This document shows, in pieces, positions 12,472-27,102 of a stretch of DNA of 64,000 bases. The DNA comes from Octopus sinensis (taxonomy: Eukaryota): assembly GCF_006345805.1 (NCBI RefSeq), contig NC_043006.1, positions 73,718,001-73,782,000 of the forward strand, written 5' to 3'. A program made the translations under genes and the position numbers. Every line of letters starts with the position of its first letter. The first letter of the stretch is position 1. The notes below the pieces were generated by a model. That model saw nothing but the letters and a program-made list of their open reading frames with translations, had not been told where the DNA came from and searched no databases.

Positions 12472-12510
<39 letters not shown>

Positions 12511-12528
12511 TATGAATATATATATATG

Positions 12529-12584
<56 letters not shown>

Positions 12585-12715
12585 AATATATATATATGTA
12601 TGTATATATATGAATATACATATGTATATATATGTATATATATGAATATATATATATGTATATATATGTATATATATGAATATACATATGTATATATATA
12701 TCCATATATATGTAT
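12145..12715. repeat. Interrupted (TA)n/(TATG) microsatellite complex
   Basis: Direct inspection. Confidence 0.95.
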
Positions 12716-14046
12716 GTGTGTAGGTCATTTTCTACACACACGCTAACGCACGTGTACTCACGGGTACACATGGAAAAACTAAATCTAAAAGTTATGCAGA
12801 TTTTCGATAGCAATTCGTCATATTTCGTGAGATTGTGTAGTATCTAGCTTGCTCGAGATCAATCATATATATTTGATTTTGTGTACATTTGATTACGGAT
12901 TTATTTAAAGATTGTTATATTACCGAGAGATATGGCATAATTCAAGTGTTTGATACGTTAATCCATCAACATGTTTAAGCCACGAATGCGAATACCGAAC
13001 AGCAACGAATCTATTCTGTGGTCTCGATTTATATCCCGTTGTTATATTCAGTGGCACTCATTAATTTGTTAATTACGAATGTTAAATTACTGACATAAAG
13101 TAGAATATACTTCTATATGATAATACCTGCGATCTTAAACTGCATATTCCATGATCAAAAGACGAGCCTAACACGAATTACTTTATAAGATTTTATGAGT
13201 ACCTGATAATAGATCTGCAACAGATAGATATAGAAATCATCATTAAAATTTAATACAATTATCACTTGATAAGCAAAACTCGTTAATTTTCGTATTCTTC
13301 CCCTCTGTTGATTTGGGTAAAGGAAACGATGGTGATAGACTCAATTCAGCCTTGAAAGAAGCATTAAATGCCTTGTCCTATCGATAATAAATATAATAGT
13401 GGTCTCTTTCAAGAATAGCTTGTAAGCATGGTGAAAAAATTCAGAAGTTGTTCAAGATACCAGTACTGTGCAAGTTTTCACTTTCGACTCATATCGTTCA
13501 ATTAATATTTTCTTCCAAATAGGATACTTTAAACAATTCAATTTCTACGCTACCGACTTTGATGGCTTCCTTGTACCCCCTTTTTTTTTGCTTTGTAACA
13601 TCAACACGAATCTGTTATATCATAACGGCTAGGATTTCTGTTTGAGCTCCGATCCATATTCTTTTCTACGTGTACGGACATTGGCCTTATGACAACTTAG
13701 CAATTATCAAAGGCATTGGTAAATTTTCAGATGCTATTCTGATGCTCTTATTTCAAAATAGATGTTATAATCATTGCCCCTGGTGTCTATTACTTAATAT
13801 TGTTAAATATTAATATGCTGAAGAAAATATCTAAAGTCCTCTGGTTTGACCAGAACTTCTACTTTCAAAGCGAGACCGGAGCTATATTTACTTAACATAT
13901 GTGTCATACATGACTGGTGAAAATGATTTGAAAATGGCTCAAACCGAAGTAAAATATACGTTATACCATATACTGCATACTATATACAATATAAATAAAT
14001 AACATATATATATATATATATACACATTTATATATATATGTATATT

Positions 14047-14132
<86 letters not shown>

Positions 14133-14133
<1 letters not shown>

Positions 14134-14512
14134 CTCTATATAAACGGCAGTTTGTCTGTGCGTTTTCTGTGTGTCTGTTTTCTCGTACCCTCACTCTGAC
14201 CACGGCTTTCAACCGATTCTGATGAAACTTGACACACACATAGCCCAATGTCATAATTCAAAACTAACGCAGCGAAAATTTTGAAAAGTTCCCCCAGTTC
14301 TGAAAAAAATCGATAAATTCGACATGGGGTCGAGAATCAGAAACCCAAACCACAGACCGTCTAGGGGACGCAACTCCACCTTTTTTAACTCTCAAAAAAA
14401 ATTTACCATCATTTTTTTTCCATTTTTTTGCTATTTTTTGGCTATAACTCTCTAAAAATGCTTTATAGTTATTTCCCTTACAAACCTGAGCAACGCCGGG
14501 CGATACTGCTAG
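14133..14512 (+). mobile_element. Non-autonomous Helitron-like element inserted in (TA)n
   Basis: Starts TC, ends CTAG between A and T, with a GC-rich subterminal motif (GCAACGCCGGGCGATACTG); internal ACCGATTCTGATGAAACTT resembles motifs of Helitron-derived repeats; no TSD. Confidence 0.65.
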
Positions 14513-16175
14513 TATATATATATATATATATGTACATGCACACACGCGCGCGCAGTTACGCACACACACATATATATATGTATATATATGTATATATATA
14601 TATATACATATATACATACATATATATATATATATACTTATATATATACATACCTACATATATACATACATACATACACACACACACACATACACACACA
14701 CACACACATACATCATTGAATCAAGGAGTCAGGAGATAAGGACATCAGAAAATAGAAGAAGACTAAATACTAGTCAAAAATAGCTGTCGAGCGAACGTTT
14801 ATGTTTCACAGATTCAATGTTATCGTAAAGAAATAATAATAATAATATGGATATTCTGAAACTAAATACTTCGAATCTGTAAACAGAGATAACATATTTC
14901 GAAGTATGTCTTTATGGCCATTGTGTTCTGAAATTAATATAATCCGTAACAGTAAAATAAGTTCTCTACTCCCCTACACGCACGCCCTCACACTCACACA
15001 CATACTCACACGCGTACACACACGTACATATAAATGCGATTTAGATATATACTAGATGTGTAAGGGCTTTGCCGAGTATTTGAATTATGATTAGCTAAGC
15101 AAATATTTCAACGTTCCACTTTACAGTTTAATTATTGTGCAAATGTCAAAGCAACTATAAACAATAGTATTATTTGACATTGCGAAAGATGAAATAACAA
15201 GAAACAATTAAATCATCGTGGCAACTGTTCAGCATACCAGTTTTGCATATGCAAAGCCTGACGAATAATTTTATAGTTAATGCATATTTTATTACGTGCA
15301 TGTAAAATACACACACACACAATTATTTATTGGACCTAGTCTGCATTATTTTAGTTGCTGAATAGCAGTTCATTCTCCTTCAAATAACGGTCTACCTGCG
15401 TAAAAAAAGATAAGAAAACACTATAGATTTTGCGGTCCTATGGTTGTAATGCCCACGGAAATGGAGAGAGAATAACTGCTGAAATGAAGTTATTCATAAA
15501 CCTTGTCTGGCATCAGGCTGAATAGCAGCAACAACACAGCATCCGAAGTTGTATTATTATTATTATTAGTAGTAGTAGTAGTAGTAGTAGTAGTGCCATC
15601 AACAACTATTACAATAACGATAAGGCAACGGCAACAGTACAAAGAAGAAAAGTTAAATTCTGTTTCGAAAATATCTTTGAACGATAGCAATTCTTTATCG
15701 TTGACATTAGAAATAAACTGAAGTATCTTAGAGCAGTGGTATAGAAACTACTACTGAGCTAGACACGCATCTTAGATTGATAATAATATATTTTAAATCC
15801 ATGTCTCCTACCGTTTCTGTAAGAAGAATTACGCAATTGTTTGAAGACAGACAGCGTAGTTTTCAGAGTACACAACTTTATCAATGCCTGACTTAGAATC
15901 ATTAATTATCATTGAGTAACTTGATGTGAATTATTATGCAACTACTCAAAGACTAGCGGCATAATAACAAACTAAAATCAAAGAAGGACGCCATAGCTTT
16001 TCAATTAGATAACATTATTTGATGCTGGCTGCATGCAGCTAAGAAATTAACCGATGGGATAATAAATACGTTATTTAATAACAAATTGGATGACAAAGTA
16101 CTTGTTATATTGAGGTAAGGAATTAACATTAAATAAAATTACAGAATTCGTGATGAGAACCATCATTATTTAAAT

Positions 16176-16426
16176 CAGTGGTTCTCAAACGCGATCCATA
16201 TGATCCTTGGAAGTTCATATAAGATTTTATTGCTAAAATGTAAAAAATAAGTTGGTTATATTTCTTCAATGCACAGAATATTTTAACTTTTAATACAATT
16301 TCTAATAACATCTTAATTATAAAAATACAATAGGATTTTTTAAACATCGAATGGCTATAGTGGGTCTAGTAGAGTAAAATGGGAACCAAAGGGGGTTCTT
16401 TGGTAAAGAATGGTTGAGAAACAGTG
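16176..16426. mobile_element. hAT-type MITE
   Basis: TIRs CAGTGGTTCTCAA / TTGAGAAACAGTG; 8 bp TSD ATTTAAAT / ATCTAAAT (7 of 8 match). Confidence 0.75.
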
Positions 16427-16440
16427 ATCTAAATGATTAG

Positions 16441-16849
16441 TTCTTATTTCTTTATTGCTCACAAGGTGCTAAACATAGAAGGGACGAACAAGGACAGACA
16501 AATGGATTAAGTCGATTATATCGATCCCAGGGCGTAACTGGTACTTATTTAATCGACCCGAAAGGATGAAAGGCAAAGTCGACCTCGGCAGAATTTGAAC
16601 TCAGAACCTAGAGGCAGAAGAAATACCTATTTCTTTACTACCCACAAGGGGCTAAACACAGAGAGGCCAAAGAAGGACAGACAAAAGTAATAAGTCGATT
16701 ATATCGACCCCAGTGCGTAGTTGGTACTTAATTTATTGACCTCGAAAGGATGAAAGGCAAAGTCGACCTCGGCGGAATTTGAACTCAGAGCGTAACGGCA
16801 GACGAAATACCGCCAAGCATTTCGCCCGGCGTGCTAACGTTTCTGCCAG
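16441..16849 (-). mobile_element. SINE family B tandem dimer
   Basis: Two ~180 bp units, one head. Confidence 0.85.
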
Positions 16850-17972
16850 GAGATAATCCACGAATTGTAACATTAAAATGAAATATGAAATTCAATGCGA
16901 ATTGTTCTAAACTTTAACAGAATAATGACAATACCTGGAATATTTCGGTCTCATTAGACCTAAACAAAACAATCTAACTGTTATTGCAGTTACTGTGAGA
17001 CTCTGATGACTACTAGACATATATAGCAGTTTTGTCCATGACGTCATACGTATTTATATTCACTTTTCAGTTTACTATATAAAACTAGCTGACTGAATCG
17101 AATAACCTCTAATCAAGACTTGTTCATATATATCTTGTCACTAGCAGTGTACTAGCACCGTCTGACTAGTAAGCAGTAATATGTACAAAGACAACTATAC
17201 AGTTAACGAATGTTTACATAGCTTGCGATGCTTGGTTCATGTACTAGAATGTGCTTGGATTTAATAAATGTAAAATTACTTCTGAATATTTTCAGTAGAC
17301 ACTGAGATTGATAATAGTATTAAGGCTACACTCCACTCGTGACATTACGATATTTATAACAATATAACTTAAACCATTAACCTCATCGTCATCATAAATA
17401 ATACTTGGACCATTAACAAAATCATAACTGCAGGTAATGAGTTTGCACTCATTAAAAATTTGTTATGAAGTTTATGTCTCATTATGAAATTGATTTCAGT
17501 CGCCATTCAGAAATTACCTTTAAACCATGTTGCTTAATGGAATTTTATACTAATCGAGTATGAGACTTTGGGTGACAAACATTTTGGAATCGTCTATTTG
17601 ATGTGACTGATTCGACGCTGACTTATTTGATATCAGACGTTTTAATTTTTGTCTCCTCTCCTTTCATACATCCCTACGGACGTACCTATTGAATGACCGA
17701 CCGACCGACCTCCATTCATACATACATAGGTGCATAGAGTTATATACATATTAAAAGAGAGAGAAAGAGAGAGATTGAAAGCAAGAGAGACATACGTATA
17801 TATACGCTTATATACATATAGACATGTACATACATAAGACATATATACACACATATGTATATGCACCACACCACACACCACTACAACATATACCACCATA
17901 CCACACAACACATCACATCACCTCACACCACCACGTACACACTAGCACTGACCACTTCTCATGATAGATCGC

Positions 17973-18230
17973 TAGCCACTACAAATTCTTTATTTTCTCT
18001 CCTTGTTTTTTCTGTGTTCCTTTCTGTGTAAGAGCGTTGGTTCGAAACATTAAAGACTTTTTCACTTCCCGAGCATTAAACTAATACTTCTGTTTGTTGT
18101 CTACACCACCTGTCTCCGTCTTTTCTTTTTTGGTGTGAATTCTCCCCTATATATATATATGTATGTATGTATGTGTGCGTGCGTACGTATATATGTAAGT
18201 AAATATGCGTATATATATAAATATATATGC

Positions 18231-18288
<58 letters not shown>

Positions 18289-18482
18289 ATATATATGTAT
18301 ATGTATATATAGGGAGAGTTTACGAAAAAAACAAAAGACGAAGACAGATGGTGGACAAAACAAACAGATGTATTAGTATAACGCTCATGAATAGAAAAAG
18401 TCTTTTACGTTTTGAGCCTACGCTCTTCTACAGAAAGGGACGCAGAAAAACAAGGAAAGAAAAAAATGTATGTAGTGGCTAA
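17973..18482. repeat. Tail-to-tail inverted pair (17973-18147 and 18311-18482) flanking (TA)n; probable PLE-derived short element
   Basis: Arms are diverged reverse complements; each carries a degenerate HHR-like CUUU-CUGUnGA-AGAGC-GUAG-GCUC-GAAAC-GUA-AAAG (composite of the two copies). Confidence 0.7.
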
Positions 18483-19386
18483 CAACCTATATATACATAT
18501 ATATATATATACATATATGTATATATTTATAAGTTTATATGTATATATATATGTGTGTATATATATGTATATATATATGTATATATGTATATATATGTAT
18601 ATATATATGTAAATATATATTTATATATATTTATGTGTATATATTTATGTATATAAATATATATATATATATATATATCAATATATATATATATCAATAT
18701 ATGTACACGCACAAACACACACACACACATATATAAACTGCGTACTTGAAATTGGTGGCTATCTTAATGTTCAATCTATATACATAAATGCTTAAATCTA
18801 CATGCATAAATGGTTGATGTAGTACTCCAGGAAAAGATAAAAGTAAGTAATATAATAGTTAATTAGTTATTTAGAAACATGGAAACATTCAATGATGAAC
18901 ATGCAAAAAATTTTATAAATGAAATATTCTCCTGAAAATTTCATTCAATATAAAAGCCTAAGTTAAGACTCAAATCTACAGTACAGAAATAAATCTTGTT
19001 ACCATTTAAGATATCTAAATGTATTAAATAGTAGCACAACTTTTTGTGGGATGTGTTCAGTTTGTCACACAGGTTTTTTAATTAATTTTTTTTTAACTAT
19101 ATAGGCGGTGCTCCAGCATGGCCGCAGTCAAATGACTGAAACAAATAAAAGACTAAAAAAGTATAGAGTTTTAAACTTCGCATACTGGTGGAATTTCTCA
19201 CTCAAAACACGGTTTAGTTTGAACAATACGAAATTTTGTCAATAATGTTCATAGTAAACACCGCTTTCTGGGTGAGGAAATCCACCAGAATATGAAGTTT
19301 CAAATTGTGTGGTTAAAAAAATTAATTAAAAAATTAAATTTGTGAGCCAAATTGAACAGATCCCTTTTGGAGTCCTACTTGTATTG

Positions 19387-19604
19387 TACGATGGGGGTGT
19401 CGAAAAGTTCCTGGTTTTAGTAAAAGAAAATCCAGGAGGACCAATTAAGATTTTATTCAACATATTCCCCTCTCAGATTCACACACTTATTGCAGCAGTT
19501 CCGCATTTTTTCTATGCCCTGTAAAAGACCTTGGAAGTTTGGGCCTCTAGCCAGGGCTTTCGCGATAATCTTAAAGCCAAGAACTTTTCAGTAACCACTT
19601 CGTA
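19387..19604. mobile_element. mariner-derived MITE
   Basis: TIRs TACGAnGGGGnGTCGAAAAGTTCCTGG / CCAAGAACTTTTCAGTAACCACTTCGTA with TA ends. Confidence 0.65.
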
Positions 19605-20449
19605 AGGGTTTCAAATTCTGGTGCAAGGCCAACTGTTTGATGAGAGTGGGTTAGTTGATTAAATCCACCTTAGTGCTGTGTTTACTGATACGTATGTTAT
19701 TGACCCCCATTTATAGAGGTTAGTCTGAATATCAAGACCAAAGAAATACCACAATACATTTCGTCAGAGGCAAACGATTTTGGTAGCTACTTGGAAGTAC
19801 TGCTCACCGAGGCGAGTAGTGTGTGCGTGCGCGTGTGCGTATGTGTGTATGTTGTATGCATGCATATCTGTGCGCTTGTGTGTATGCATGTATGTATGTG
19901 TTTATGAGTGAATGTGTGTGTATGTGTGTATGTGTGTATGTGTGCGTGCTTGTATTTGCTTGTGTGAGCGAGGAAACTGTTCAATTCAAGAATATTTCAA
20001 TAACTTGTAATGTCAATTTCAAGTGTTTGAACCTCATGTCATTTCACAAGCAAATCCTTAAGTTGAAAAAGCTATCAAGAATGCAATTCATCTGTGATAT
20101 CTCAAACGATAGAAATCTAGCGAAATCATTATCATCATAAACAATATCAACGGCAAAAACATATCTGCAGGTGATTGTTAAATTACCGGCTCATCATGAG
20201 TTGCAGCTGGCGTTTGGAATATGAATAATGATATAGTTTATGTATCATTGTCAGTCTTATATCTTAGGACACGAGTTATTCTTACGAATCATTTTCTTCA
20301 TTGCCTCTATGATCCGGATTCAACGATTTTTCTATTAGCTGCAAGTTGTACAAACATATAATTTAAATAATTAATCATTCACATTTCCCATTATCAGTAG
20401 TTGTCCTCATTCTACACCCCCACACACCTACACAGACACATGCAAACAT

Positions 20450-20484
<35 letters not shown>

Positions 20485-20649
20485 ATTGCCAACCATGCGT
20501 GGCGTCCTATATAGGACAATGCTACGGACTTTATAGCCCCAGGAATATATCTCCTCCAGCTGGTTAACGACACACATTCTGTGCCCGATTAGTATTTGCG
20601 AGGGAAGGTCATCGCTCCCTTCTCTAGCCTTACGTAATACACACCGACT

Positions 20650-21346
20650 CGAGTTTGTGCTTTTGTCTCGGATCTGTTGGCGATGCGTCGTCATTCTGTT
20701 GCGTCTGACCTATGTAATTATGTTGGCAACCATTGCATGTGCTTCCGTAGACCAAGTTTTCTCTGTTGCAGATGAGATTGGATTTGACTTTGAAGGTTTG
20801 GCCATCTTTGAATCTAAATTCTGGTCCCTCAATTAGGTAAAATCAAGTCCCGCAGTTGGTTTTCCTACATTTTGTGACCGTTGGGTTGGGGGTTTCTTTG
20901 CGTGTTTTTGCTCCAGTGAGAATTTTGTTTTAGTGATTTGGGCTGCCTTTTGATTTTGATGATTTGTTGTTTTTTAAAGATTTTTCTCATTTTTTATCTG
21001 CAAATAGGATGGGGAGGTTTTTGTGGATGCGATAAAATATTTCGGTGTTCCTGGGATTGAAGGTTGACACAAATGGTAAGATATTTTTCTTTCCTAAGTT
21101 CAATAATATCGATTTGTTTTGTCTTGTTTCTTCCATTGGTGACTATGCCTGGAGGAAGACTCTTTGGATAAATGTGTCCTTCAGTTCCTCTAGTCTTTGT
21201 TCACGTTTGGATGATTCTAATACTATAGTACAAATTCCTTTTGCCAGGCTGAAGGGAATGTTGAGTTTGGTGTGTTTCGGGTGATATGGTATGAAAGGAA
21301 GGTACTGTTTGAAGTCTGTGGGTTTGCAGAAAACGTCCGTTTCTAT
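20650..21346 (-). pseudogene. Penelope-like element ORF remnant (RT thumb, Cys linker, GIY-YIG endonuclease)
   Basis: Minus strand across frameshifts/stops: TDVFCKPTDFKQYLPF..HPKHTKLNIPFSLAKGICTIV...LPFVSTFNP...KCRKTNCGT...NLVYGSTCNGCQHNYIGQT...RMTTHRQQIR. Confidence 0.85.
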
Positions 21347-21419
21347 TTTCTAATCTTGGTTTTTGATTAGAATACATGTGTGCGTTTGTGAGTGTGTGTG
21401 TGCCTGTGTCTTTCTCTCT

Positions 21420-21618
21420 GTGTTTGTGCCCCATCACCGCTTGGCAACCAGTGTTGGTGTGTTTATGTCCCCGTAACCTAGCAGTTCTGCAAAAGTCATG
21501 ATAGAATAAGTACTAGGCTTGAGAAATAAGTCCCGGGGTCGATTTGTTCGACTAAAACTCTTCAAGGTGGTGCTTCAGCATGGCCGCAGTCAAATGACTG
21601 AAACAAGTAAAACAATAA
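21420..21618 (+). mobile_element. SINE family A, 3' half
   Basis: GATAGAATAAGTACTAGGC...GCATGGCCGCAGTCAAATGACTGAAACAAG. Confidence 0.8.
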
Positions 21619-21623
21619 AATAA

Positions 21624-21756
<133 letters not shown>

Positions 21757-23920
21757 GTGTGTGTCGGTCTGCCTGTCTGTCTGTCAGTCTGCCTGTCTGT
21801 CAGTCTGCTTGTCTGTCAGTCTGCCTGTCTGTCAGTCTGCCTGTCTGTCTGTCTGTCCATCTGTCTATATGTTTATATACACATATATAGAACTAGGGTC
21901 TGTATTCCTGTCTATATAGTCTTGTAGTCAGAGATTGAGAGCTACCATATTGTAGAGTTATACATACATGGAAAAAAGATGCTAGTGGTACGAAAAAATA
22001 TATTGTCGCAATAGCGATCTGAAATAGGAAATATTTTACTTTCAGTATTAAGATAATCTGAAAATCTTACTAGACAAGTATTCGAAACTAAGATTAGATC
22101 TCATGTATATTCTATCCTATCTTAGAACATTACATTTCAACGGTGAATATCGTGATAGTATTTATTTATCGTGAATGTATTTTAGATATTATAAAGAAAC
22201 GTTGTAAAATCGAAGTTTGATAAAGAAATTACATATATCTGACACATATTACTATACGTGCAATGTTTTGCAGTACATTTTAACGCTTCTGTTTTGTAAA
22301 GTGTTAAAGAATAACAATAATATACGCAAAGAATTTTCGTAAAACAACAAAGAGAAATGTATTGGCACGTGGTAGAAGCACGTAATGAAAATGGCAGACT
22401 GCAAGATAGTATTACATTACAGTAGCAATAGATTATGACTTGGTTCTCTCTGTCGACAATAGGATTTCCGGTGTTGTAAATTGGAAAAAAACATGTCGAA
22501 GTAGATTAACTTGTACAAATCTGATTGTTGTATAAACTATAATGTAACATACAATACATGAAAGAAGCTCTTTTTTATATCTTGTTTCGGTAATTCTTCT
22601 CTGATTACAAATGAATATTTTCAACGCTGAATTAGTCATAAAATGTCTGTTGGATTCATTGCATATACAAATCAAAAACTACTCCACTGTGTATTTTATG
22701 CGAGAATTATAATTGTTGTTTGTGAAAGAAGCATGTAGATTTTAGGCTACAAATAGCATGTCAACTTGAGAGCAATAATATACTTTTGGAAACGGTCATT
22801 TTATATCAAGACTTCTAGCGCATTAATATTTCTGTCGAAGAGCCTCGATACGACATATTTCATTAATATGAAATGGTGTTCCTGAATTAAAAAAAAAATG
22901 AAAGACTGTGGTCCCTAATTATATTTCTTGGAGATACTTTAAATATTTATGTAGTTGAGTGTGTAATTTTCTTTATAACTAAATTAATTGTATAGTTACT
23001 TATTTTAACTATGGTTATGATATGTGCATTGCCGCCATCATTAATCGACAATTTTTGTGAGAAATTTTGTGGAGTATATATTTGTAGTATACTATTGTTT
23101 ACTTGGGTAGTTATATTCTTGTGATGTATGCTGTGGTGCAATGCAGTTTCTTCTCCTCATTAGAGCATTTTGAGTCAGCGGAAGAGTTACATATAACCAA
23201 CACCAGAGCTAATGTCAGGAAGTTCAGAGGTTTCATGACATGTTATATGGGAAATACAAGTCTACTTTATGGTGGAAACCATAGTCGGACTACAAGATAA
23301 TGCTAAAATAAACACAGATGATTTAGATGATTTCAGCTACAAAACGCAGGCCATGAAAAGAAACACTAGAAAAAGAAGAAGAAAAAAGCATGGCCTATTC
23401 TGGCCTGCCTTATGTCATGAAAACAACCACAGACTATTCTGAAATGATGTATTTCAGGATAGAGTATCTTAACAATATCTTACGAACCCACTATTAATTG
23501 TTATTAAAATATAAACGCAAATACTTCACAGGTATGAACATCATTGTGATTGCTCTATCGATATATACATAAATGTGAAATAAACACGAAATAGTTTAAA
23601 TAAATCTATAACTATTTTTTATCACTATTATAAATATGTTTGTCTCGATAATTTTAGCCGATTCTGTACATACATTGCTGCACCAGGGTCTACAGCATTG
23701 CATTAAAGTAGTAGACTTTTATAATGTGTTAATAATTGAACTCTAAAATACCATCGTTAAATCATATAGTTATGAATCAAGTGATTATTATAGATTCATT
23801 TTTACTATAAAATAAATGAATATGATGAATTGTCTTAGAAAGTGAAAACGGATGGATGATTTAAAAATGTGCCTGCAAAAGTGAAATGTTTCTAACCAAT
23901 ATTTAATAAAAGTTTATAGT

Positions 23921-24086
23921 AGGCGTAGAAGTGGCTGTGTAGTAAGTAGATTGCTTACCAACCACATGGTTCTGGGTTCAGTCCCACTGCGTGGCCCCTT
24001 GGGCAGGTGTCCTCTTCTATAGCCTCGGGCCGACCAAAGCCTTGTGAGTGAATTTGGTAAACGGAAACTGAAAGAAACCTGTCGTG

Positions 24087-24154
<68 letters not shown>

Positions 24155-24352
24155 TGTATGTGTGTGTATATGTTTGTGTGTCTGTGTTTGTCCTCCCACC
24201 ATCGCTTGATAACCGATGCCAATGTGTTGGAGACCGATAGAATAAGTACCATGCTTACAAAGAATAAGTCCTGGGGTCGATTTGCTCGACTAAAGTCGGT
24301 GCTCCAGCACGGCCACAGTCACATGACTGAAACAAGTCAAAGAGTAAAAGAG
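23921..24352 (+). mobile_element. SINE family A, near full length
   Basis: Head, internal (TA)/(TG)n, tail AGAGTAAAAGAG. Confidence 0.9.
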
Positions 24353-24999
24353 TAGATTCATGAATGTGTGATTGTAGTCGCAATGCAATGTAATTTTAAC
24401 GTTGATAGCTAGATGAAGAACGTGAAAACGGAGATTTTACACCATTCATCTAAGTATGGCTCTCAGCTAAACTAAGGAAGTGGCTTAAAACAGCAAGAGA
24501 CTTTTTAGTGAACATTTGAAAGGAAGTAACAAGCAGCTCATTTCCACTCATATACACGCATGCTGAAAATCGCCCAATTTCCCAAACCAACGCCGGCAAA
24601 AACATAACCTCCTCCCATACTTATCTCGACCATCGTCATCATCAACACTGTCTCTGCTTTCACCACAATCACCGTCAAAACTTCGATCACCACAATCAGT
24701 TTCTTTACACAGTTGAAAATCCATTATCCTATACTCATGAGACCGAAATTATTGCAGATTTTTGATTCTGTTTTTATTTCGGAGTGCTTTATTAAAAACA
24801 AAATTGCATCTACAAAATAGAACAGTTTGAAGATAGAAACCAGGTCTAAACACAATAGCTTATAGACATATTCTGAATGTAGTTCTAGTTAAATCTTTGA
24901 TAATTTTTTTATACTTAAGACCATCAGAAATATTAAGTTATCAGCCTCTACCCACGTTGTCATGCTTTGATTAAAAGGTTACACCATACATTAGTTTAT

Positions 25000-25495
25000 T
25001 TAGATAAGTTTCGGCCGAAGTTGGCTCAGGCCATGTCTAATTTAATAGCACCACATGGAAGAGATACACAGTCAGCTCTGGGGAACCGTAGCCCATTCAA
25101 GCAGCGGGTTATTGTTTTCAGAGACATATCTGGGTGTGGTTGGTTTATCTGTTATTTGTTGGGGTAATCATCTAGGGATCGTTTGAATGCCATGAAGTCA
25201 CTTTCCTCCCTTATGTGTGTCTGGCACGATGGTGAAGAGAGCAGGGCCAATTGAGGTGAAATAGTTCTGTCATAGTATTGTGATGCGACACGAACATTTC
25301 TGTAATGGATGGATGGCACGGGGACCAAGCCTCGGACGAATTTTAAAGATGGGCAATGTTGGTGGAATATTTTCCACATCATACAGATTATATAGAGCTC
25401 ACAGCGGCAGGGGAGGGGACAAAGGCTGAGCTTTTTGAGTCGATCAAAATAGTCAAGGCTTGTCATGTCATCCTCCTCAGACCTCCACCAAGCAG
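25000..25495 (-). mobile_element. CR1/L2-group LINE 3' fragment
   Basis: MTSLDYFDRLKKLSL...YIICMMWKIFHQHCP, same family as 39708-40727. Confidence 0.8.
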
Positions 25496-25679
25496 CTTAT
25501 TTTAAGACAGAGACGCGAGTAAAATTACTAATAGAGAAACAAAAATAAACTTTGGAAACAGCAACGCCACCATATGTTACGTGGAAATGATGAACGTGTT
25601 TGCAAGGGAGATAATGAAAGAACGTAACATTGTAATACTTCATGTAAAGTAAATATAACAAATGAAAAATCCTTCAAGA

Positions 25680-25860
25680 AGTCACAAAAATTTCCGAATC
25701 GCTACCACAATTTCATCACCTGTTCCTTGTGTCATTAACAACTTTTCCTGCAAGTTTCATCAAAAACCGTTCACAACTTTTTGAGTTATTTCACACAGAG
25801 TCGGACAGATGGACAAACCAACGCCGATGAAAACATAACCACCTTCCTTGGCGGAGGTAA
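25680..25860 (+). mobile_element. Helentron/HINE-like non-autonomous repeat, 3' part
   Basis: Ends AAAACATAACCACCTTCCTTGGCGGAGGTAA (terminal palindrome); partial second copy near 24585-24612. Confidence 0.5.
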
Positions 25861-27055
25861 AAATCGAGGAAAAGTCAACAGAAAGGATTCTGGCAAAAGA
25901 AAAAAAAAAGTAATGAAATCTATTTGAGAGTCTATTTTTTTCTGTGCTCCTTCTTTCTTCTCTCGTATTCCATCTTTCTAATATGAAAACAAAATTCTAT
26001 GAATATATTCATTACTCTATCATTTATTCTGCTTCTACGCATTTCATTTGGAAAAACATCTATTTGATGTAAAAAATTCTGATTTAAAAAGCTTAGCTGA
26101 TTTCCATAATTAAAAAAATGTAAAATTCAATTCAGGACTGCACGCCAGAAATGAATAAAGACAGAATTGCGCATATGTAATATATTAAACTTATTATTGT
26201 GAAGAGAACTTGAAATAGATTTTACCCATTACAAAACATATATATATCATAAAAAATAAGTAAATTATACAATATATATAAATAACGCAATATCATATAA
26301 TAGGATACTCTTTAAATAACGCAATATCATATAATAGGATACTCTTTAAAATCTGCTGCTTAACCCCTTAGATACATCTTGAACCAAGCATGCATTTTAA
26401 TCACTTTAAATCAACATGCTATGTTGTGAACGTATTTATTAACTCTTTCATGACAGGAAAAAAAGGGGAAGATCCAAAGGGAAAGAAGAGAGGCGGAGGA
26501 AAAAACGCCAACAGGCTACAGATGGTTATATTTCTGAAGTGACTGGAAGTAGAAGGAGGAAGAGAAAGTGCTTCTAGGACAGGAGAGTGTTTAGATGTTA
26601 TGTTCGTGTGCGTGTGTGCCAACATACACGCACACACACGCAAAAAAAAAACGTAGACAGAATGAGAAACGAGAACAAAAACATAGAAAACGAAATTTTT
26701 TTCGAACAACGAAAAAAACAAACAAACAGAGAAACGAGACATGCAACATAAAGAACATTCCCTTCATCAGTTGCCCCCTGTTTTATCTACTCCGCGTTCC
26801 GAAGGTAAGGGCAAGACGTGATTTCGTTAAGCAGTCCTTCCCGCAAAGCAAATTAAATAGAATTTAGGATTTTTTTTTTGCGGATGATGAAAGTGGTAAC
26901 AAAAACCGAACAATGAGAAAAAGGTAAATCTTTATACTGGTTATTTATGAGGCACTTTAAATTGCTCTCTACGAATATCTACATCTATCCATCCAACCAT
27001 CCAGCGAACCAACCAAATATCCATCCGTCCATCCATCCATCTCTTTCTTCCTCTC

Positions 27056-27094
<39 letters not shown>

Positions 27095-27102
<8 letters not shown>

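Noticed and set aside
12297-12813. Long YI/HT/CV-rich ORFs here and at 37.1-37.8, 42.2-43.0 and 56.9-57.7 kb
   Set aside because: Translations of microsatellites; open only because the repeats lack stop codons.
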